Shown: positions 1 through 15,559, counted from the first letter of the stretch. The stretch is 64,000 bases of DNA from Octopus vulgaris (GCA_951406725.2 OX597822.1:30876001-30940000); one strand, 5' to 3'. Made by a program: numbers and translations. The notes: a model not told the origin generated them from the letters alone.

Positions 1-945
1 TAAAGAAAAAGAGCTATTGACTGTCTTGTGCCTACTAGCTTAGCGCTAACCATAGATAGACAGGCTGCTGTATCAGAGTGACTCTATAAAGTGTTGGATT
101 AAGATAGGACTCTTCGAAAACGTGTAAGATTATATACGGGAGGATTAGTATCTAGAAGTAACAGGCGAGAACGAAAGAAAAGTGGTTGTAGGTTAGGTCG
201 AACTAATGGAAATGTTATGTGCAGTCGAAATCTCAAGACCGAGTGAAGTTTTGTGTTCATAAAAACACACACACACACACACACACAAACAGACACGCAT
301 ACGGGATAAATTTTAGGGGCTATGTGGATTTCGCAGTGAAATAGGAAAAAGGACAAGTAAGCATTGTTGACTGATGGAGCAGTTAACATCACATTCATCT
401 CTCATATTCACCCTTTATCTCATCTTATCATACGATAATTTGTTTGATGTTTTGTGTCCCCAATGTGTTATAATGTCCCCTCTGTGGTAAAACCGTATGT
501 TGAATAAAAAATCATAAAGATAACAATATATATCCATGGTAAGTTGATCGAACAAGTCGCAAAACATCAATATGTCGTTCTTTGTGCATTAAATCCAGAC
601 AGAACAAATTTGCATATAAAAAAATCTTTTCTAACAACATATTTAGAATCTCGATTCTCCTGTTGATTTGGCGATAATATCGCTTGAAATAAATTTAAGT
701 TAATTTAAATTAGTTAGTATTCCAATTAGGTAATTATGGAAATCATGATATTTATTGCTAACGAAAAAGCTGTTGAGCACAATTAAATTGTGGATTATTT
801 GTGAAACATATTTTTCAGCTTTTGTTCTAAATACACACGCATACAGAGACACACATATACATTTGAAAAAATGTTTTGGAATTGAGAATTTATAATTAGA
901 TACTACTTTTTTCTAAAAGAAGTAGATTAACACATACACACGTAT

Positions 946-988
<43 letters not shown>

Positions 989-1112
989 GAGAAAGAGAGA
1001 GAGAGAAAGCGAGAGAGAGAGAGATGCGTGTGTGACTGTGTGTGTGTGTGTTTGTGTGTGTATGTGTTTGTGTGTGTGTGTGTGTGTGCTATATTATTTA
1101 AATCTTTATTGA

Positions 1113-1253
1113 CATTTACTTAGCGGTTCGGCAAAAGAGACCGATAGAATAAGTACTGGGCTTACAAAAGAATAAATCCCGGGGTCGAGTTGCTCGATTA
1201 AAGGCGGTGCTCCAGCATAGCCGCAGTCAAATGACTGAAACAAGTAAAAGAGT
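1113..1253 (+). mobile_element. SINE family A, 3' half
   Basis: Matches the 3' part of the full copy at 57123-57614 (cttagcggttcggcaaaagagaccgatagaataagtac...cagtcaaatgactgaaacaagtaaaagag); preceded by a (TG)n tract. Confidence 0.85.
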
Positions 1254-2360
1254 ATTTCCTTTGTACTGTACGTGATGGGACCGCAATCCTTTCAAGATGA
1301 TTGGCTGAATTCGCCCTTTCTGTATTGATTCGCCCTGTTTTCTGGCTTGTCATAAAATGTGTGTCTGTGTTTGCACGTGTGCAAGTATATGTGTAATAGC
1401 TTTCAGGAGTGACGAGAATAACTATGTTCTTAGTGTTGCTGTGTAGTGAATGACTTCAAAATATGAAAGTATATATTCATTTGAAATCAGATATAGGAAT
1501 ACTAATCGTCGCCAAAACACTATTATTTAAAATTATCTTTATTACTAAGTAAACAAATATATTCCAATAATTTATCAAACTTCATGCAAGCTACTTTTCA
1601 ACTTCCAGAAATATAGCTTATTTATCTATTTATTTACTTATTTATTTGTATGTGAAGACATTAGTTATCTGTCATAAAATAAATGTTTTGAATTAGCTGA
1701 AACAAAATAACTTAGAATAGCAATCAAGAAGGACGAGAAACTTCTTAAACTTAAGAGACTATGTTACGTTAATAATATCGAATAATGAAAATTGTCAATA
1801 ATGTAGTGTGTAAAAGCTAGGAATGTCTAGACAAGTTGAGATAGGTCAAGCGTCTCTTTTCAAACTATAAACTTCAGTGACGTAATAAAAGTGGCAATAA
1901 TTAAGCTCGACTATTTTTCTTCTCGTATATGAAGGATAATGTAACATTTTACATGATTGCTTTTTCTTACAGGCATGTTTGCTGCGGTTTCTCAGTGTAA
2001 CTGAAACACCTTGGCTTTTTCTTCGTGTTGCTTCAGCTGCAGTATCTTCTTTTCGAATGCTAGGCTGGATTTGATGATAAATATTTTTTTAATTCTTTTT
2101 TTGCCGTAATCCTTGCTGTAAGCAATGCTTTTCTGTTTGTTTATACCGTCGCCTTAGTTACATTTAAGATGAAGTCATACTAAAGACTGTCTGAAAATTT
2201 TGCTGCTGAAGATGTTACGTTATAATCACTCGCTTGGAAGCTTTGTTCTATTTCTGTGTGTCTTGAAATTATATGTCTGTTAGTTATATTTTCATATTAA
2301 ATATCTGTAGCAATAACATCTGTTATATTAATGCTGAGTAATATAAATACAATGATTAAA

Positions 2361-2545
2361 GCGGCGAGGTAGCACAATCGTTGGCACTCCGGAAAAATGC
2401 CTAGCGGCATTTCGTCTGTCTTTACGTCCTGAATTCAAATTCCGCCGAGGTCGACTTTGCCTTTCGTTTACGATTTGAACACTGGCGTCGATGTAATCGA
2501 CTTACTCCTTCCCTGCAATTGCTGGCCTTATGTTAGTATTTGAAA
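2361..2545 (+). mobile_element. SINE family B, diverged copy
   Basis: gcggcgag...ttcaaattccgccgaggtcgactttgccttt, shared with 10941-11171. Confidence 0.75.
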
Positions 2546-2828
2546 TCAGTATAAACAAGAATTTACTCCGAATTATTAAAAGAAACACAAGCGCTGCTAC
2601 ATCACTCTTGCATCTGATTACCCTCAGAAGTCGATGATAAATTACTATGTAACGTTTAATCTTCAAGTGGGGAATGACATGTAACGGATGGTGAGCCGTC
2701 GGCTCTTATGAAACTGGTGCTTAGCTCGAAATATAGGTAGACAAAATGCAGTGCCACGGTGAAATATAGCTGTGTGTGATGAATATTGGAATATATGCGT
2801 CTGAATCTACAGCCATATAATAAAGTAA

Positions 2829-2881
<53 letters not shown>

Positions 2882-2896
2882 ACACACACACACATA

Positions 2897-3107
2897 TACT
2901 CTTTACTCTTTTACTTGTTTCAGTAATTTGCGTGTGGTTATGCTGGAGCACCGCCTTTAGTCGAGCAAATCGACCCCAGGACGTATTCTTTGTAAGCCTA
3001 CTACTTACTCTATCGGTCTCTTTTGTCAAACCGCTAGGTTACGGGTATGTAAACACACCAGCATCGATTGACAAGCGATGTTGGGGGGACAAACACAGAC
3101 ATACAAG

Positions 3108-3167
<60 letters not shown>

Positions 3168-3329
3168 CGACGAGCTTCTTTCAGTTTCCGTCTACCAAAT
3201 CCACTCACAAAGCTTTGGTCGGCTCGTGGCTATAGTAGAAGACACTTGCTCAAGGTGCTACGCAGTGGGAATGAACCCGGAACCATGTAGTTGGTAAGCA
3301 AGCTACTTACCACACAGCCACTCCTGCGG
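2897..3329 (-). mobile_element. tRNA-derived SINE family A, full length, internal (CA)n(TA)n
   Basis: Minus strand begins gcaggagtggctgtgtggtaag (A-box-like) ...gggttcattcc (B-box-like); near-identical to 55551-55984, 57123-57614 and 58003-58440. Confidence 0.9.
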
Positions 3330-3894
3330 CTGGATATCGGATGTAAGTAATCTTGTATAGGATGCAACTTTATAAATTGCATATACGTGTATAATGTGAC
3401 ATGAAAACTTATAAACTATTTTACTATTCAAAATGTGCTGTAACTAATGAAATATATTATTTACGTAACATAGTCTTTTTTACTGAACAATACATATTGA
3501 AATCAATGAGATATGTATGTGAGAAGCATTGACTAATTCACAGATGTATCACGGATGCAAATGTGACAATACTGCTGATTGCATCTCAGATATATCCTCG
3601 AAGAAATCTTTATAAGCTAGCAATGTAACAATGTTGCTAACTTATCGGACAACGTAACAATGAAACAATGTTGCCAACGTATCGCACCAAGTGAAGGAAA
3701 GATGAAACCAGAAAAAAAAAATAACAAAAAAAGCAAAAAAGCTAATGGAAGCTGTTATGTAATCGTTCGATAAATGTAATTACTTTTGTGACGACGTAAC
3801 CTTTTTGTTTAACTATCGTAGTGTAAATAGCTTTGAAATTGCTGATACAAATTAAGTGAAGATAATGGAGAAAGCTGTGACTAGTAGGAAGGGT

Positions 3895-4808
3895 TAAAAC
3901 AGACGTTTTGACTGCGATTGCATACCGTTGTTTTTTCCAGGAACTGCAATACAAGGTCATAGAAAAGCCGAGCAAGGGAATCCGACCTTTTGCAAGAGAG
4001 ATGGGTGTTGAAGTCGTCACCATGAAACTAGCCCTGCATGAGGACATTTGCTACTACTTATACAGGAATCGCAAATTGAAAACTTCTAACACCTAAATCG
4101 AAGGAGACGTGTTTGACTAAGGCAAAGTTCTGGAACATGCTGAGACATCCTTTTGAGCGGGGGATTATCTGGTTCTTCTCAAATGAAAAGAACGTCAGTC
4201 TGAACCGATTGCCTAAAATCCAGAACAACAGGTAGTTTACCTAAAATCCATATAATGTTTCATCTATCAAGAAAACCAAGTTCCCCCCTCTGTAATGTTC
4301 TTGGGTTTTATTTCCAGTGTGGCTGATGTGATGGCGCTCTACATCTTTGAACAGAGACTTATCTGTTGGAAATTGTGGTAAAATCATGATTGGAGAGATT
4401 TATATGTGGCAGCAGGATTTGTTTAATCGACTTACCCCCACAAAGTCTCAGAAGTGGTTTCGGAATATTTCTAAGACTTCTAATTCCCCCGATTGTAGTC
4501 TCACAGATTACTATGTGAGGAGTACGATTACAAAAGACATCGACCGCTCTGTCAGCAAGGCTAAGGTCAAGCTTGTAGCCATAATCAAATAGGTGTTCGA
4601 AAATCTTCCCCGGGATACATTGAGGAACTCATTGCCAAAGTTCCAGAGCCGGCCGTGGTGAAAACTGAGAGCAACTACTCTGAGTAAACTATGAACTCTC
4701 AGCTATAATCCAGTTGATATGTTTTCATTTTCTAAAATATTTTATTATTGGATGGTGTTTTATTTCTCTTCTATGCAAACTGTAAAATTTTGCTCGAACA
4801 CTTTGTAT
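3895..4808 (+). mobile_element. Decayed Tc1/mariner-superfamily transposon (probably DD37D/maT-like), transposase pseudogene
   Basis: Fragments IRPFAREMGVEVVTMKLALHED (HTH region), IWFFSNEKN (D1 motif FSDEK), KKTKFP, SNSPDCSLTDYYV (SPDLNPLDY motif); frameshifted; ends ...ctttgTA. Confidence 0.75.
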
Positions 4809-5057
4809 ACCAGCATATTGCGTCTACGAATCCTTGATAACTAATGATGCTTCTCACAGCGGATCATCCTAACATGGTATCTGCTGAAAACTGTTGCTTT
4901 TACGTGTAACATTACTTTTGTCTTTAACGGTATATAAATCCATTTAAGCTGATGTCTTAAGAAAGTGTGTTTATAAACTTTGTTGGAATAATTTATGAAT
5001 ATGTGACGTAACAATGGTTTGCGTGGACGTTCTTTTTGTCTGGACATCTTAAATTCC

Positions 5058-5115
<58 letters not shown>

Positions 5116-5116
5116 A

Positions 5117-5169
<53 letters not shown>

Positions 5170-5256
5170 ACTGTCTGTTCTATTGTTAAGCGTGACATGA
5201 CCGCTGATATTCAGCTCTCTCTCTATACGTCTCTGTCTATCTCACTATCTAATTTG

Positions 5257-5344
<88 letters not shown>

Positions 5345-5356
5345 ACTATCTAACTA

Positions 5357-5437
<81 letters not shown>

Positions 5438-5454
5438 ATGGATGGTTGGCTGTC

Positions 5455-5509
<55 letters not shown>

Positions 5510-5620
5510 ATCTATATGTCTGTCTGTCTGTCTGCATGTCTGTCAGTCTGGCTGGCTGGCTGTCTCTGTCTATTTATCTATCTCTCTATCTCACTATCCA
5601 TTCATCCATCCATGCATCAG
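5058..5620. repeat. Compound tetranucleotide microsatellite (TATC/TGTC/TGGC)
   Basis: Directly visible. Confidence 0.95.
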
Positions 5621-6442
5621 GCTGTCCTTCTGCCTATCTAGCTCTCATTCTGACATACAGTTACTTATATACAAATATAAAGGGACGACTTTGTCCCTTT
5701 GTTCATTCCTCTTCGTGATGCCAACAATGCTGCATATTTTCGAGCAAAACTAAGAAAGCACCAAGAAATTAATTACAATGAATTCAGTATCGGCTGGCGG
5801 GGTAAATAATAATCAGGACAAACTAAATTTTTGTTCAGTTTAATTAATTCAGGATAAACACTACATATATATTCTATATGTTGTCTCTTTTTCTAGTTCA
5901 TTCCCATTAAGAGTTATGGATTTGTCAAGACTAGATCCAAGTACTTCTTTCTCTTATATAGCTCCTTGCTTGTAATTAAGTCATCTTCGTCATTATACTC
6001 CACCAGTAGTGTTCTAAAATGATAGTTTCCCCTAAATTACTCAGGCGGTTGGTCGCTTCATCGCTGTTTTGGTCCCGATGTTGTTTTTGATACCATTCAC
6101 TTGTGTTGACGTCAAATGCAATGAGAGTGTATTTGGTGGCAAAAGAAGTACATGATTGTGGTTCAATGGTGGTTCATGAGATGCAAATTCAAGTGAAAAA
6201 TACACCAAGTAATTAGTGGCGCCTATTCTCTATTTTTATAATGTATATATTTAATTTCTGCTTTTTTTTCTAATTAACACCGAGACAAAAACGCAGCTCC
6301 GACGACTTTCTGATCTGCACTACTCTCAGCGATTAGCACACACGTACACAGACATACACGCACACATACACATACACACGCAAGCAACACACAAACAAAC
6401 AAGCACAAAAACTCGGACCCACAGTCTCACAAACTCATACAT

Positions 6443-6528
<86 letters not shown>

Positions 6529-6719
6529 TACAATTCGATATTAACCAAAAGGCCATAATTCATACATATATATTGTAATATAAAGACATACATACAAACA
6601 TACAAGTATGTATATGGATGTATATGAGTATGTATGGAAGTATGTACACACACACACTCGCACATATGTATATATACACACATATATATATAGATATATA
6701 TATATATACATATACATAT

Positions 6720-6750
<31 letters not shown>

Positions 6751-7092
6751 CAAGTTATGAATACATAAATAAAGTGTACTCACACCCACACATATATAAT
6801 TGTGTGTATCTTTATAACGAACTATAAATGAAAAACAAAATGAAAACACAAACCAGTACAAGAATAAAAACAAGACATTTTATAGAAAATCCACTTATTG
6901 TCTACAACAGCACGCTCGTTGCAAGGCGTGACTGAAGATAGCGTTCAAAATTATTCTTGTAAGATCAATCACTATCCGTTGTCTGCGCGAGATTTTATTA
7001 ACATTAATGGAAACATTATTCAATGACAAAAGGAAATAACATTAATATTTCCTTGTCAGACGTTTAAAGAATAAGTCACTAATGGAATTAAC

Positions 7093-7137
<45 letters not shown>

Positions 7138-7731
7138 CAATTTATTTATTTATATTTATATTTATATATATTAGTAGATGTCATGTTTTCATTCTACTCT
7201 ACGTAAACCTGAAGCATGTCGTTGAAATATTGCTTTCTTCGATTATTTAATTATGGATATAAATATAAACATATTCCGGGAAAATTATATTTTTGTTGTT
7301 TGAAAGGAGTCGTAGTTTAAGTGACTGTAGTATTGAAATATTTTACTACATACTATTTAGTTGTAAGTTGTTCTACTTTCTGAGTTCAGATACGTGTTCA
7401 TGTTCAGTGTAGATTATATCATTTTTACTTCCCCAATAAATATAGTAAATCAGAAAACTGATTATAAATTGGCGCACTAGGGAGAAGAATGCGTCTTTCT
7501 AATTCCTGTGCGTACCATGGCGAAATGTTCGAAAAAGACGTTTCGAGGGAATGATTTTAAAACGTACAATTAAAAAGAAAGACGTGAGGAGCCTGCTAAT
7601 AGTAATGGCTCAATGGGGAATCAGAAGTGTGTTCTGAAAACGACTTTCAACAATCTTACCAATTAAATATACACAGTGCTTATTTTTGTATCTAGTCATT
7701 CATTGAGTTGATATAATCAATAAACTAAAGC

Positions 7732-8047
<316 letters not shown>

Positions 8048-8169
8048 AGCCCTGATGCAGTGCCAGACAGTGGCTCCCGTGGCTTCTAATCTTAACTGAT
8101 TGGAAGTGTTATCATGTACATTGTTTTGTTTTGGAATAAAAGATGGGCTGTAGCAAATTTTCTGCGGAG

Positions 8170-8650
8170 ACGATGGCGAAGAGTGGTGGCTTCGACACTT
8201 GGCAGTGAGGCACGGCGAAGAACCTCTTTGTTGGTAAAGTGAACTTCCCATTGTATGTTGTGGATCTGTAGTAGCTTCGATTGCTGGAAGCACTGAAGTC
8301 ACTGAAGAACAACGTCCAAGTCTCACAAGCGGAAAGTAGATTTGATAGGACAATGGCACGGAAGACCATGATCTTTGTTCGGATGGTCAGCGCCTGATTA
8401 AAAAATACACGTCGGCTGAGTCTGTCGAAGGCGGAGTGGGCCACCCCAATCTGGTTCTCCACGTCCTTTTCACGCGTGGAGTTCTTCGAAAGGATACTTC
8501 CAAGGTATGTGAAGTGTTCAAGTTCTCCTAGGGGTTGGCCGTTGATGCTAATGTTTGTGGGTGGCCTGTTTTGGCCTGGTGCAGGTTGGATCAGTGTCTT
8601 GGCCTTTAATGTATTTACCTCCATCCCGAAGCGTTCGTAAGCCGCGTTGT
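8170..8650 (-). mobile_element. RTE-clade LINE reverse-transcriptase C-terminal fragment
   Basis: AYERFGMEVNTLKAKTLIQP...INGQPLGELEHFTYLGSILS...IGVAHSAFDRLSRRVF...TKIMVFRAIVLSNLLSACETWT is typical of the RTE/BovB RT thumb region. Confidence 0.9.
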
Positions 8651-8701
8651 ATATATGTAAATGTATATATGCGCGCGTGTGTGCGTATGAGTGTGTGTGT
8701 G

Positions 8702-8756
<55 letters not shown>

Positions 8757-9104
8757 GTGTGTTTGGTGGTTGTCTTTGTTCTTCTTCAACCCACTTGAAA
8801 GCAAATTTGGTCTGATTACCTCCGCGTAACATACTAGTATGGCAAAGTGTCTAATACAATATGTACCATACTTAAAAAAAATCTTAGAGTATTTGTTCGA
8901 GTAAAATCTTCAAGGCCGTTTCCTAGTATAGCTGCAGTTAAATGACTGATACACACAAACGATGACAGATAAAGGTTCAAACCATTAGATATATTATTTT
9001 CTTTTTCTTTTTACTTTTTAAGGTGCTGAGTCAGTTGACTTGTATTGGGAATTTTCCATGTTTTGCACTCATAGTTTGTTTTTATCCCTGGTCCACGCGA
9101 TTAC

Positions 9105-9242
9105 TTCGAGCCCACTGGTCAGCTGGTACTTATTCTATCACCACCCAATGATGAAATTTTAAGTCAACCTCGGCGGAATCTGAACTCAAAACAAATGCCG
9201 TTAAGTATTTTTGTCGGGCGTGCATTTTCGTCTGGCTCGCCA
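9105..9242 (-). mobile_element. SINE family B, degraded
   Basis: aagtcaacctcggcggaatctgaactca is the reverse complement of the family B core. Confidence 0.65.
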
Positions 9243-9753
9243 TATTCTTATTGCAAAATAATATCACAATTACCGATATTGATTTTTTGGCAATGGCATG
9301 AGATAAAAAAAATCGATTAACCTCAGTCCCTACACATAGCTCATTCATCTCGAAAAGCTCTGCAGGATTTAATAAAAAGAACCGAAATGAATATAACTAA
9401 ATATTGCAATAAAGTACTTAATCTGTCTCCGTAACGTTGCTGCTTTGTTACCTTCATAATAGTAATACTGATACTAATTTATCCTTCGAGACCAAAGCCT
9501 AACTGTGTAGAGGGAGATCATAATTAAGTCGATCACAGTAAATTTGAGGTAGTATGTTATTAGCCTACCAGTAAATAAAGTTGAAGACAATTCCGTTAGT
9601 AATATTAGCAATATCACTGATTGTAATATATCGTTATGGTTGTGTAATATTTACACTTGGAATATAGAAACTTCGCAGTTATAGCCCGTTAATTGAAGGG
9701 TCTCGAATCTGAAAGCACCTACGGATCAACAACAAGATCACTTTGTCTGTCTG

Positions 9754-9820
<67 letters not shown>

Positions 9821-10486
9821 GTCTCTCTGTCTGTCTAATCTAATCTGCCAATACGGATAAGCGTTAAAACATGTAACAACTAGACTTGTATTGCCTATTG
9901 CCTATTACACTATTCTGATATGAATTTTATTGACATTTAACTGAAACGGAGCTTATATTCACACTCTAACCATGTTGCTTGAGATACAACACAGCCTTAT
10001 GATAATTTTTTCCGTATTTTGAAAATCATTTATGCTTTGTGAATAATTTCTCACTTAGGCGCCACAGAAAACGATTAACACCATTCAACTTCTGTTTTCC
10101 TTATCGTGCGTTTTAAACAAGGGATTTTGAAGTCTGTAGGGGAAATAAATAAGGGCAGGAATTTCAGAAAAGTACAGAAATCTGAGAAGGGAGATGTAAA
10201 TGCACAAAAAAAAAAGACTAGTATGGTTGAGTGAGCCTGAATGGAGCGCGCATGATGATACGGCTTCAGAGAAGCTGATACTGTTATTGTAGTAGCAGAG
10301 GAGACAGAATACGGCATTAGCATAGTGGTGTTGTAAAGCAGTCTTAGGTGTTTCTGTGTTACAAGATTATATTGTGATAGATATGAAAGCATTTCTACAC
10401 AGTAGATTGTAATTTATTCAGAGTAAACACTGTATCAGGATAGACGTCTATTCTGGGTACTGAGACGAAATTTTCAAAATGTAATT

Positions 10487-10776
10487 TTAACAATGCGCAA
10501 GAATGTATATTGTATCGTCAGAACTTGTAAAGCCAATCGTTTGTATCGATTTTTGGGTTTTTAATAGATTACTGTTAATGTACATAGAATGCATTAGTAA
10601 AGACAATTTCATTCGCAAGTGTAGTGAAATTGTTATGAAGTTGTTGAAATAGAATAGTTCGTCATCGTTTCTGGGAAATAGCTGACAACTTTCTATTCGT
10701 TGCGTTAGTAATAGTTTAGTAGCATAATATTTTTCGTTTGTTATATTCTTGCTGTTGTTGTAGCCACCAGTGGGTC
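10487..10776 (-). other. Orphan open frame with a plausible splice acceptor; possible terminal exon
   Basis: Non-repetitive frame GPTGGYNNSKNIT...IYILAHC* after ttctcattcag; no recognisable domain. Confidence 0.12.
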
Positions 10777-10940
10777 CTGAATGAGAATATCTATTTTCAG
10801 ATGTATTCAATACACAACCATCACATCTTATTGTATATTTAGACCTTTTTTTTCTTAAGTGTTCATAGTGTGATTTATAGACATTTAGTTGATTTCTATA
10901 TCAGGAGGCTATCTGTATGAGTAGATGATGTCTACTATAC

Positions 10941-11171
10941 GGCGGCGAGCTGGCAGAATCGTTAGCACGCCGGGCGAAATGCGTAGGCGTATTTCGTCTG
11001 CCGTTACGTTCTGAGTTCAAATTCCGCCGAGGTCGACTTTGCCTTTCATCCTTTCGGGGTCGATAAATTAAGTACCAGTTACGCACTGGGGTCGATATAA
11101 TCAACTTAATCCGTTTGTCTGTCCTTGTTTGTCCTCTCTCTGTTTAGCCCCTTGTGGGTAGTAAAGAAATA
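10941..11171 (+). mobile_element. SINE family B monomer (Meta-domain-like core) with 12-bp TSD
   Basis: tRNA-like head ggcggcgagctggcagaatcg...gagttcaaattcc; core gtcgactttgcctttcatcctttcggggtcgataaattaagtacc resembles the MetaSINE central domain; TSD gatgtctactat at 10927-10938 and 11172-11183. Confidence 0.9.
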
Positions 11172-11639
11172 GATGTCTACTATGTGTTAATTTAGATAAA
11201 ATAATTTAGCTCGTTTCGAAAATGTTATGACAGAATGTTTGAATCTCTTTATTCGTCATATTTACTTATTTTGAACGGATACACAATAACTATATTTAGA
11301 AGATAGGAAGGGCATATTTGACGTAATTATAAGTAAAATAGCTTCAACTGAAAAATCAATAGCAACTTCTTTTGTCAGTCACTCTTGCCACAGCACACCA
11401 AAATAATATTGATATTATGATTCACAACAAGCTCTATTGATTAGGCATCAGATAAATACTGCAGAATCGCAATGTTTCGTATCCTGTTACATGCACATCC
11501 ACCCATTGATGACGGCTACAATTAACTCCGATCTCAGTTAATGTAGCCACAGGTGGATAACATGTCAGTAGTTGGAACGACGCTTTGTAATTAGCAATGT
11601 TTAGCTAGCATCCCCTTGGGTGTCACACTATCTTAGTTG

Positions 11640-12192
11640 CATATAGTTGTACGAGTAAAACGCCTCCGCCCCGTCCAATGGACGGTACTGAATCATACGT
11701 GCTGAATAAAAAGCAATCAGTGTTTTCTTTTCATTAAAAAATAATTAAGCATGCCTTTATTTCAATAAAATTTTTGGTTTTGTTAAACGAAGTTAATGCC
11801 AAAAAAAAAAAGAAAACTTCTTGAGAAACCGAATAGTCTTTCCTTCCTTCATGCCAAGTTTGAAGAAAATATCTCTTTTGCATTTTACCGTTTTGGTCTC
11901 TAATATATACTGTATTTTGTGGCATTATTTCAAACCAGTCGGCTCTTTTTCTCGCGTACGCGGAGTATCGACCGCAACAGCTGATGTACTTGCGCGTACA
12001 AATGCACGTTCCCACGGCTTTATCGATCGCATTCTCACTTGGAATCGATTTTTGTAATTTTTTCAAGAATTATACACGCCCTGATAGCGTCGGTAACTAC
12101 ATATCAAATTTGAGTGCAAGTGGATGGAGGATGCCCGAGATCCTAGAAGACACACATACAGAGAGACAGAACGGATTTTATATAATAGATTA
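11640..12192 (+). mobile_element. Possible non-autonomous Helitron/Helentron-like element
   Basis: CpG-richer island ending caaatttgagtgcaag...acacacatacagagagacag...ttttatataatagat, resembling 3' ends of non-autonomous rolling-circle elements; boundaries uncertain. Confidence 0.35.
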
Positions 12193-12399
12193 CTAAATAA
12201 CTAATGTGGATCAATACGAATGAATGCTGAATTTTAATTAGAATTGTACTGATGCCGTTCCACCAAACTGAACAGGAATAGAAAATTATTCTTGTAAGTG
12301 TTTACATCGTAGAAGATTCATACCAACAATTTAATGATTTATTTTAAATTTCAATTTATTCCGTTAGCTGTCTTTTATTTTATTTTGATTGCTTCACTC

Positions 12400-12606
12400 T
12401 TCGGACTAGGACCAGACTGAGGCACTACTTTAACGTCTGTTACTTAGTCTATAGATAGCTTTTACCGAACCGGAAAGTTACAGCGACGTGAAGAAACCAA
12501 CACCGTTTGATCAGGCGTTGAACGAATACAAGTACAATGACGTACACACGCACAGAAACATGCATACACATACACACGCATGCACACACACGCACACGCA
12601 CACACA

Positions 12607-12667
<61 letters not shown>

Positions 12668-12745
12668 TGATCTTCAACACAATTTCCGTCCTATCATATT
12701 TCACTCGGACCGGAGCTATAGTAGAAGACACTTTCCAAGATGCCA
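12400..12745 (-). mobile_element. SINE family A, degraded
   Basis: ttttaccgaaccggaaagttacagcgacgtg, (CA)n, gctatagtagaagacactttccaagatgcc. Confidence 0.7.
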
Positions 12746-15559
12746 AATCGAGCTCCTCCACATATCCTCGCAGCATTTCTAGCTGATCACTGGCATAATT
12801 CATTCGCAACTACCTGATAAGTCTGTTAACAGCTAGATCATAAAGGCGTTGTCTTTTTATTTAATTTATTATCAATATTTGTATATTAGTTTCATTGCAA
12901 TTTCCCTTTACGTATAACTTCCAGCTATATGACATGTTTTATTATATGTATAGAATGGCTATAGTTGTATAGCATTGGGCACAATTCGGCCATCACTAGT
13001 CATTTGAAGTTGACAAATATATTGTTTGCTTGCAACATTGTGTACATGAAGGTCATCATTCTACATGTTTTCTTAATTACTTTTGTTAATTTATTTACTA
13101 TATTTATGGTTTTAATTGCTTTGTTTATAAGGGTTTAAGTTGTAGAAAATGGATGTTTGCTATAATAGATTAAATATATTTTAGAAGCGTACAAAGAATG
13201 TGAAAAAGGGGAGTGGATGGGTAAGTGTTAAAAAAACAGATAATGGTGAATAGACCTATCAGAATCTGTCAACATAAACTCACACGCATACACACATGCA
13301 TGTACGCGCACACATACACATACATGTGTACAAGCGTATAAGTCTAAAGTGAGTGGTGAAAGAGAAAGATGAATTTCTAATATGTTACAATCTTGTTACT
13401 CCATTCAGACTTACGGCTGTGACTGGTCTAGAATTGTAATATGCAAACCGATTTGATCACTTGAATCACCTTATAGGGAAGTGAAAATCTTAGTGCTTAT
13501 AGTATGAATCATTGTTACTGTCTACTGAGTCTTAGTACAAACTAAGAAGAATTCTATTCTGTATAAGTGTTTAGCTTGAACACGAGGGTAGACATAACAT
13601 GTTTCTTCAGGTCGCCTTATACGTGTAAAGTATTTCTAACATTACTTTTTATATAAAGGTTTGTGGCACGTATTTCGCAACAGATTTTACGGATGCCAAT
13701 TACAAAAGAGCAGGCCTTACCTAAAGCCACTTGAATGGATGCATGTCAGCAATTATGGAAATGACACACACGACTCCATTAATATCACTAAGTCTTATAT
13801 AGCTTGCTTCATTGTTCTTATTTATATTGGTTTTGTTGGTTTATTATGAAGCATCAAATATCAACAAATATGCGCATACAGTCAAAACAGTACAAAATAT
13901 TTGCATATTTGAATAGACGCCTTATTCTTTCATAATTATGTATCAGTTAGAACTATAAACTTTTCTGTATCACATTAATTGCTATTCTTCAGTAACTATG
14001 AACTAAAAAAAATATCATTCCATATTTTATACATGCAGATTCAGTGAATCTTAAGTTCATTTGTCAAGTAATTCACTTTAGATAATCGGAATTGATATCA
14101 GTTTGATTATCATCATTTGATTACTTGAAGGCAGATTAAAAACAAGGCCAGTTCCCGTTCAATTAGTTGAGTTTAATGTAAATGATTTCTTTAAAAAAAA
14201 TGTAAGAATAACTATAATTAGCACCCAGAAATTTAGGTCAGAAATGATAATGAATTCCTTTGAAAATGTACCGAGCAAATATCTTCATTTCTATTCAGAA
14301 TCAACAAGAAATATCAATTTTCATAGTAATGGCAAAATATTTCTAACAATCCGATAATGAAGGACAAATTTTAACATATTTAAAATAACATCATCACCAA
14401 AAATGAATTCGTATTTCAGGAATAGAAAGCATACGAATATCACAGCTATAATTCACGAGAATGTATTATATATGCAGAAAGACGATAAATTTATAAGTGC
14501 TCTGAAAGTAAGTAAATTCGATAAATTTAGACAACCTTTAGGCTTTTATACTACTGTGAGTGTAGTCTTTTGTGAAACCGTTTCCTTGCCTAACAGAAGA
14601 ATGCACATACTCTCTTGTTTACTATTGTCTTGACAGAATGGCAGCTGTTGATGTTCTTCATTTTCAATATCTCAGAAACTTTGAAAACCTGATGTATTAC
14701 TTTTAATAGAAATTTTGACAAAGATTCTCCATAAATTTTTGTCATTTTATGCGATATTTGTGCAAATTTATGTGCTTCTGATTTTAACGATAATGCTGTA
14801 GGACTCAGCGTAATATTCATCAGAATTGAAGAATACTAAAAATTGTGAAGGTTCGTGCATAATATAGTTTCTCATTTCAGTTTTTGGTTGTAGCTTCTTT
14901 TATTTATACTTTATTTTATTGTATTTATTCATTATCTGATTTTAATGTCTGTGTTTTCGGCTCCGCTACAATCTCCTCTCGCATTATACTTTTATTGCAT
15001 CGCTAATTAACTCATTCCATTGTCGTGCTAGTGCTGTAGCGAAAACTTTGAATATCGAGCTGAAATAATGAATTGTCTTTTGGTTGCAGCGATAATTTTA
15101 ATTTTACACAAATTCGCCTGTTGGATTTGTAAGATAAGATGAGGCACAATGTTTGGTCTCGCACTTTTTTTTTTTAAATGTATCATTTTATTGATTTTTG
15201 TTTGTTGTAACACGTTTCAGCTTGCTTCGCTTTTCATTTATAAATTCAGAAAATATTTTCTCGTGCAAATCACAGCTATAACTAAAACCAGAACACAATA
15301 TATATTCGATACTTAATATTGAACGCTAAGTCAAGTTTATGGCCTTCCGGTGAATGACAGAAAGGAAATTGCCCCAATCACATTTATAAATTTTAATTAC
15401 AAATATCTTTTTTTAAATATATATATAACGAAAAGATATTTTATCGGTTTGTAAAGCTTAAATTATGCAATCGCTAATTTATGTTTATCTTTTCATATTT
15501 TATGTATAGCTCCAATACATGGTTGTACAATCCATATTGTTCACCACATTATTTTTCCG

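Noticed and set aside
14590-14835. Minus-strand 76-aa ORF with acceptor (also 27227-27444, 49390-49554, 52741-52794 and 56440-56637)
   Set aside because: Lengths are within chance expectation, no recognisable domain, and no consistent multi-exon model links them
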